Shown here: in pieces, positions 58,938 to 64,000 of the stretch
How positions within the stretch are numbered: position 1 is the first letter of the stretch
Layout: every line of letters starts with the position of its first letter
Virus record (IMG/VR): IMGVR_UViG_3300013372_001213
Reading direction: 5' to 3' (one strand)
DNA: 64,000 nt
Origin: an uncultured virus (IMG/VR IMGVR_UViG_3300013372_001213)
Taxonomy: Duplodnaviria > Heunggongvirae > Uroviricota > Caudoviricetes
Made by a program: the position numbers and the translations under genes
The notes under the pieces: generated by a model
Databases searched by the model: none
What the model was told of the DNA's origin: nothing
Seen by the model: only the letters and a program-made list of their open reading frames with translations

Positions 58938-59192
58938 TTAATCTTGTTCAAGTTCACTATCTACATTTCTATTACATTTTGGGCACCAATAGCCACCAAA
59001 TACTCCAGGCACAAATTCTTTATCAAGGTGTAAACAAATTTCTTGCTTATAAGCATCAATAATCTGTTGCTTTTCCATTTCTTTGGCTTTTTCAAGTAAT
59101 GGTTTCATTTGTGCAAAAGTTAATGAGTTACCACTCTGTTGTTCATATTCATAAAGTTTTTTAATAAGCCATTCTACTGCTGTTTGTTTCAT
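58938..59192 (-). CDS. Hypothetical protein (MKQTAVEWL...AKEMEKQQIIDAY family with a CxxC tail)
   Basis: ORF. Confidence 0.65.
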   Translation of the reverse strand: MKQTAVEWLIKKLYEYEQQSGNSLTFAQMKPLLEKAKEMEKQQIIDAYKQEICLHLDKEFVPGVFGGYWCPKCNRNVDSELEQD

Positions 59193-59199
59193 ATTAGTC

Positions 59200-59562
59200 T
59201 TATTTTTTTATTAGTTTAAATACTTTATAAGATTCAAGCTCTGCCCATGTAATAATCTCTTCCTCTTGATATAAATCATTATCATGTAAATCAATAGATA
59301 GGTGCATCATCTCATGCATAACTAAACCAAATGTTTTTATATCATCAGTACACCTGCTTAGATTTATAAACACAAATTGTTTACCATCAATAGGTGATAC
59401 ATTAGATAAGCCTGCTATATAAGCATCTTCAGTAGTGTTGTTATAATTCTCACAATCCTCAAGGTTGAGGCCATGCATTTCTGTTACCTTGTAAAACTTA
59501 AACACATCACAAGGATCATGACTAAGGATTAAGGTGTATAATGTAAAGCTAAATATTTTCAT
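59200..59562 (-). CDS. Small HExxH zincin-like protein
   Basis: VMHEMMH followed by EE. Confidence 0.6.
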   Translation of the reverse strand: MKIFSFTLYTLILSHDPCDVFKFYKVTEMHGLNLEDCENYNNTTEDAYIAGLSNVSPIDGKQFVFINLSRCTDDIKTFGLVMHEMMHLSIDLHDNDLYQEEEIITWAELESYKVFKLIKK

Positions 59563-59785
59563 TGTCTTGTTTGTTTAGTAAATTAATATATTGTTCAGCA
59601 GTTATGTTATCATCTCTGTCTCCATAAGAACTTCTTATGTCATAACCACTATCAAAAGCTTTCTTCATATCTTCCTCTGTATATTTCTTAACAGGAACAT
59701 AATATTGTGTAGTGCCACCATTTACTTTACATTCACTATTACAAGTTGGGCAATGTGTTATTGATTTTATTGTTATATCTTCCAT
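59549..59785 (-). CDS. Hypothetical protein (CxxC; KKYTEEDMKKAF motif)
   Basis: ORF. Confidence 0.6.
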   Translation of the reverse strand: MEDITIKSITHCPTCNSECKVNGGTTQYYVPVKKYTEEDMKKAFDSGYDIRSSYGDRDDNITAEQYINLLNKQDNENI

Positions 59786-59786
59786 A

Positions 59787-60023
59787 TTAGTCTTGTTTGT
59801 TTAGTGAGTTATTATTTATAGCATATAAGTTTACTTGAGCATAACCATCTATGTCATACCAAGTATTTTTTCTAATGTCTTCCCTTAATTGTTCAAGTTC
59901 TTTAGCCATTTCTTCTTGGCATTGGGTGTAGCCCTCAATATATCCACAATAAACATAGTGATCACCAGTATTGTCTTCTATATATTGCTCAGCTAACTGT
60001 TCTATTTCTTCTTTAGTTTTCAT
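59787..60023 (-). CDS. Small hypothetical protein, MKTKEEI paralog B
   Basis: See paralog A. Confidence 0.65.
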   Translation of the reverse strand: MKTKEEIEQLAEQYIEDNTGDHYVYCGYIEGYTQCQEEMAKELEQLREDIRKNTWYDIDGYAQVNLYAINNNSLNKQD

Positions 60024-60147
60024 GTTATTAGTTATAAATAAATGAATATAACCAACCTGTGTTGGCCAATTGTAACTGGATTAAATCCATATAAATCTTT
60101 TCTTCTCTTGTATACATAATTAAAGTTTTAAAGTTTATAAATTATTT

Positions 60148-60411
60148 TTATACTTTTAAGTAATAGTTATAAGTTTTACCAGTCTTCTGACTAGTCTTAA
60201 TTATAAATAACTTACCTGTTTTAGATTTGTATACAGGATGTTGTTTTCCTTTAGCATCTGTAAAAGTCTTGCCGGTAGAGATAGCCTCTGATTTCCTAGA
60301 ACCTTGTGGTTTCTCTACTAACACATAATTACCTGAAGCATCTTGTTTAACAGTCTGTGAATAACTGATAGTAGATAGACCTACTAGAATTACTAAAATT
60401 ACTTTTTTCAT
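60148..60411 (-). CDS. Small secreted basic protein (likely start MKKVIL, 87 aa)
   Basis: Signal peptide MKKVILVILVGLSTISYS-Q. Confidence 0.65.
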   Translation of the reverse strand: MKKVILVILVGLSTISYSQTVKQDASGNYVLVEKPQGSRKSEAISTGKTFTDAKGKQHPVYKSKTGKLFIIKTSQKTGKTYNYYLKV

Positions 60412-60439
60412 GTTTTTTGGGTTTAGATTGTTAATTATT

Positions 60440-60619
60440 TTAAGATTCTTGTACTTCTCCCCCATCATATTTATCCTGGGGGAGTTGGACATTGCTTTCA
60501 TAGTACTCTTGTTCTTCTAAATACCTTTCTATAAAATAAGAATCAGGTAAATGTTGATAGAGACTATTTCTAAGTATCAGCTCTTGTTTAAGCTGAAACA
60601 CTTCTTTCATTTTTCCCAT
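60440..60619 (-). CDS. Small hypothetical protein (59 aa, MGKMKEVF; not in the track)
   Basis: ORF preceded by an A-rich leader. Confidence 0.55.
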   Translation of the reverse strand: MGKMKEVFQLKQELILRNSLYQHLPDSYFIERYLEEQEYYESNVQLPQDKYDGGEVQES

Positions 60620-60651
60620 GTTATTTATAAAGTTGATTAAAAGTTAAAAGT

Positions 60652-60963
60652 CACCTAGTAAAAAGGTTGAATAGTCTAAAATAAAATTAATGATAAAGCC
60701 AAAGACCTCTCTCTGTGTTCAAAGGCAAAGATAAAAACTAAGTCTTGTTATGTATCCTCACAGAGCTGTGCTCTGGTTTGTATGAGGTGCTGCCAGTTTT
60801 CTCCATAGAGTAACCTGTCAAGCCATTGGTATCTTTTGTGAAAAGACCCTACAAAACTAGTGTTTAAATTTTACAGAGAAAGCGGTTTGTGTACCCTAAG
60901 GTACTTTTATATAATTTATAAATTTTATATTTTTAGATTTTTTGAGAACCTTCTTACCAGGTA
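60652..60963 (-). ncRNA. Putative ~310-nt structured non-coding RNA
   Basis: 17-bp closing helix (3 G.U), 10-bp CUUUCUCUGU/ACAGAGAGAG helix and several nested hairpins; no ORF. Confidence 0.65.
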
Positions 60964-60967
60964 TAAA

Positions 60968-61002
60968 GAGTAAGAGAATCAGCTTATGCCTATCTCTTAC
61001 TC
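60968..61002 (-). other. 10-bp hairpin between the coiled-coil gene and the ncRNA
   Basis: GAGTAAGAGA/TCTCTTACTC; could be a terminator or a processing stem. Confidence 0.6.
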
Positions 61003-61015
61003 ACCTTTGAATATG

Positions 61016-61936
61016 TTAGGATTCAGAATCCAAGCTCTTTAAGAAGAGATTTATGGTATCCTGAAAACGAGAATCTATAGAGATTCTTAGAGTACTAGCC
61101 TGTTGAATTCTTGTCTGTCTCTCAGACTCAAAATTCTCATATGCCACCTTCACAGCCTCTTGATGAGTGCTCATTAAGTTAGAGTAATCTAATCTCAACT
61201 TTTGGTTGATTTGATTAATCTCTGCTCCCTTAATAGCATTCTCCTTAGAGATGCGAGCATTTTCCTCAGTAACCAAGTTCTTAACCTTGGCTTTGAAGTA
61301 ATTTACTCTCTGCTCATAAGACCTATGCAAAGAAGCTAACTTCTCATGGTAGCCTAATAGCTGCTCTGAGGTATGATGAGCTTCTACCTTCACAGGGGTC
61401 TTTATACCAGAAGATAACTCAATGAAGTCTAAGACTTTCACATTAGGTAAATCTCTTCTAAGAACATCCAATGGACAATTCTTGTGAATAAACTGCCCTA
61501 TGTGAGAAGCAAAAGACTCTTGCTCAAGGTACTCAGAGTACTCTGCTTGGCTAAGCTGTTCCCAACCCCAATCTTCTCCTACTAACTCTTGATTCTCAAA
61601 AGTTGAATAAGTAGGTTGTTCTGGGGCTACTAAGGAAGTAACAAACCTTTCCTTTTTGATAAAGGTAATCAAGGCATCTTTAGCCTTAATGTTACTCATC
61701 AAGAAAGCTTGGGCTGCATGCAACTTACCTTTCTCTACCAATAGCTCTACCACATTAGTAGGAATGGCTTTTCCTACCTGCAACATATACTCATCTCCAT
61801 TAGACTTAAAAGTCTTAGATGCATTATTAATACCAGTAATGATATTATTAATCTCAGATGCTCTCTGATTACATAAGTTAGAGATACTAGCTGCTTGACT
61901 TAAAGATAATCCTGTGTTTTGTAAATTATTTTTCAT
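61016..61936 (-). CDS. Coiled-coil protein of unknown function (likely start MKNNLQ, 306 aa)
   Basis: GLSLSQAASISNLCNQRA N-terminus and a long helical C-terminal half. Confidence 0.8.
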   Translation of the reverse strand: MKNNLQNTGLSLSQAASISNLCNQRASEINNIITGINNASKTFKSNGDEYMLQVGKAIPTNVVELLVEKGKLHAAQAFLMSNIKAKDALITFIKKERFVTSLVAPEQPTYSTFENQELVGEDWGWEQLSQAEYSEYLEQESFASHIGQFIHKNCPLDVLRRDLPNVKVLDFIELSSGIKTPVKVEAHHTSEQLLGYHEKLASLHRSYEQRVNYFKAKVKNLVTEENARISKENAIKGAEINQINQKLRLDYSNLMSTHQEAVKVAYENFESERQTRIQQASTLRISIDSRFQDTINLFLKSLDSES

Positions 61937-62102
61937 AATCTTTCTAATAGGTTGCCTATACACCTTGAGGTTTTAGTTTATGTGTTTGATTTGATTTTTG
62001 ATTTGATTCCATTCTTTAGGTAGACTAGCTCTAAGCTAATCTACCACAGTGAATGTTACTGGTGGGTTCTTACGAATGAAGTATACCCACAAAACCTTAT
62101 GC

Positions 62103-62157
62103 ATTGCCTATATTTATTTCTAGGTATTTCGTCTCCTATAAGACTCATCAGGGCAAT
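62103..62157 (-). ncRNA. Hammerhead ribozyme (type I topology)
   Basis: AUUGCC-CUGAUGA-GUCU(UAUAGG)AGAC-GAAA-UA...UAUA-GGCAAU: complete catalytic core with stem I (6 bp), stem II (4-5 bp) and a short stem III. Confidence 0.8.
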
Positions 62158-62432
62158 TAGATTAGACCATAATCTTCAGGATTCTCCAACATATTCATGC
62201 CCATATAGTAGGCTACTTGTTGGTTGATATCATTAATTGCCTTATCTTGTAAAGCAACTAACTCTTCTCTGATTCTTGTGGTTAGTATGAGGTCACCTGT
62301 ATTCATAAATCCTTTTCTTAGGACAGTACCAACAGGTGGTATCTCAATTTGGTAAAGGTCAGCATCATGCTGTATACCTAAACATTTAAGAGCAGTGATA
62401 GCTCTAACTGTTGCATCTTTAAAATCTTCCAT
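62157..62432 (-). CDS. Hypothetical early protein (likely start MEDFKD, 91 aa)
   Basis: The upstream extension in the track overlaps a structured element. Confidence 0.6.
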   Translation of the reverse strand: MEDFKDATVRAITALKCLGIQHDADLYQIEIPPVGTVLRKGFMNTGDLILTTRIREELVALQDKAINDINQQVAYYMGMNMLENPEDYGLI

Positions 62433-62473
62433 TTCTTTTGAGTTGGTTTTTAGATTGGTTAAACTTATATAAA

Positions 62474-62733
62474 TTATCCTAAGCACTTGGTTGTAACCTG
62501 TGTTTGTTATACAGGAAGTCATTGCTTTTATATAGCATTTACAACCTTGTGCATTAGGAATTTAAATCTATACTCTTTCTTTGTTCTTTGGTATGTATTG
62601 ATTAGTATTTCACCAGTTTTATCCTAAGCACTTGGCTATAATTGCCTATACAGATTAATTTCTGTAGGATAGGTTTCATATACCACGCTTGGTATACTAC
62701 TTTTTTACAATCATAGCCTTGTGCATTAGGAAT
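62474..62733 (-). repeat. Two tandem structured elements (62474-62561 and 62619-62733) with identical 17-nt arms
   Basis: TTATCCTAAGCACTTGG and CCTTGTGCATTAGGAAT each occur twice and pair with one another. Confidence 0.8.
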
Positions 62734-62734
62734 G

Positions 62735-63046
62735 TTATTCATACCCTTGATTATCAGGGATATTTTCTCCATGAAAGTCATCATATTCTTTTAACTTTTC
62801 AGGAGATATAGTAGCTCTATGCTCTTTAATCTGTTTTTCTAATGAACAGATAAGAGCTCTTTGTTCATCAACCCACCATCTATATTCAAGATTTTCTTGA
62901 TAACTATCAGATACATCTTCTATATCTTCCGAAGATAACTGAGGCGGTCCTGTCATTATTAACTCTGATATAGCTGTGCTTAATTCAGAGTTTAATCCAT
63001 CTAACCAAGTTAGTGGGTGTGATTCAGCTGTGATTTCTATTTCCAT
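62735..63046 (-). CDS. Hypothetical acidic early protein (103 aa)
   Basis: ORF. Confidence 0.6.
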   Translation of the reverse strand: MEIEITAESHPLTWLDGLNSELSTAISELIMTGPPQLSSEDIEDVSDSYQENLEYRWWVDEQRALICSLEKQIKEHRATISPEKLKEYDDFHGENIPDNQGYE

Positions 63047-63082
63047 TTTTTTTAATTGGTTTTTGGGTTGGTTAGTATTATA

Positions 63083-63160
63083 TTACTTATCTCCTATATT
63101 AGGCATAAAGATAGATTCATCATCTTGCCATATATAGTCTTCTAAATATTCTTCATCCAT
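63083..63160 (-). CDS. Very small acidic ORF (25 aa)
   Basis: MDEEYLEDYIWQDDESIFMPNIGDK fills the gap, with an A-rich leader. Confidence 0.35.
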   Translation of the reverse strand: MDEEYLEDYIWQDDESIFMPNIGDK

Positions 63161-63171
63161 TGTTTTAAGAT

Positions 63172-63363
63172 TTAAAGGGTTTTTAACTGTTTTTTTAAAA
63201 ATTCATAGTACAATGTCTTTGGTATGAAGTAGGCTGAGTTACCAAACTTAGCAAAGTCTGCTAAGCTTGTATGTTTATCAAACCAAGGTTCATCCATAAT
63301 TTCCTGAGTTTCAGGCCATTGAACTAATACATATTCAAAATGTGTTGGGTCATCTACTTGCAT
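63172..63363 (-). CDS. Hypothetical early protein (63 aa)
   Basis: YVLVQWPETQEIMDEPWF...GNSAYFIP. Confidence 0.65.
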   Translation of the reverse strand: MQVDDPTHFEYVLVQWPETQEIMDEPWFDKHTSLADFAKFGNSAYFIPKTLYYEFLKKQLKTL

Positions 63364-64000
63364 AGTTTATAATTTAAAAGATTAGTATTCAGTAAATTGT
63401 TATAACAAGACAGGAGTTAGTTCAGAGGTTTGGTAGAGATAGTATAATGACTATTCATTGTTAACCCAATTAGATGAGTTTAACCCTATGGAACATAACT
63501 AACTCAAGGTGTCTTATTATAAATTTCAAAGCTGCGGTTTCTCTCCTATTGACACATCTATATATAGTATCCTATATAGTAATAGATATAATAGTAAAGA
63601 TAGTAATAGTATAGGAGAGAGATATGGGGTATAAGTCTTTAGCTATATTAACCCCTGTTGAAGACTGAATGTATTAATTTGAGGGTTATATGTTGGTAAT
63701 GAAGGAGTTAGAGGTAGGACAGTCCCACTCAATGACCCTTTCTTTTATATATTTTGGGTATAATTACCTTTAATGTTGGTTATCCTACCCACCCTTATAG
63801 TCTCTTTATACCTATATATATAGTATAATACCCTATATAGTATATAAGATAACATTTATAGGTAGAGACATATACCATCAAAGACTTAACTAACTGATAA
63901 TCAGCACTAGACCTGATACCCCTTCGGGGCTTAGTATCAATTATCTACATATATAGTATATAGTAAAGTGCTACTTGTCCACCGGTGGGAGACAAACCTA

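Noticed and set aside
58396..62733. CRISPR array or mini-array interpretation of the repeats
   Set aside because: The repeats lie in coding starts and ends or form paired stem arms; there is no regular repeat-spacer periodicity and no cas operon.
62474..62733. Twister, pistol or hammerhead identity for the twin elements
   Set aside because: Only fragmentary resemblance (CCUAAUGCA, GGUUACAACC in one copy); the conserved catalytic cores are not present in both copies.
62602..62784. 60-aa ORF in the track
   Set aside because: It overlaps the 62735..63046 gene and the structured repeat element and is probably incidental.
1..64000. Stop-codon reassignment, as seen in some crAss-like phages
   Set aside because: Genes are long and uninterrupted under the standard code, TAG and TGA both end tightly packed genes, and no suppressor tRNA was seen.

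Overview
AT-rich (roughly 30% GC by eye) segment of a crAss-like (Crassvirales-type, phi14:2-like) phage genome. The host is probably Bacteroidota, judged from a Bacteroidota-style lipoprotein, a ClpS homologue, TAnnTTTG elements and the absence of Shine-Dalgarno sequences. The standard genetic code is used. Positions 1-30408 (+) form the virion cargo/ejection-protein operon, which includes a 4520-aa virion RNA polymerase polyprotein (HExxH zincin, DxDxD catalytic loop, and C-terminal AlkB-like, ASCH-like and SLOG/DprA-like modules) and a 780-aa P-loop kinase plus nucleotidyltransferase protein. Positions 30445 to about 63400 (-) carry the replication and early arm: NTP pyrophosphatase, PolB, PD-(D/E)xK nuclease, MoxR-VWA pair, primase, putative SSB, RecT-like protein, DnaB, Ung, ClpS, SF2 helicase, HNH, tRNA-Arg(UCU), a GIY-YIG homing endonuclease and many small genes. 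Four observations stand out. (1) Four consecutive giant virion proteins (8147 aa in total) contain only six cysteines, all at the three gene-to-gene junctions, suggesting a head-to-tail linked protein chain. (2) An RNA-rich early cassette holds a hammerhead ribozyme whose cleavage-site strand recurs twice nearby, a structured leader, a coiled-coil gene and a ~310-nt structured ncRNA. (3) Twin covarying three-way-junction elements lie just upstream of that cassette. (4) CG dinucleotides are extremely depleted except in CCGG. All calls come from reading motifs by eye; no database searches or folding programs were run.
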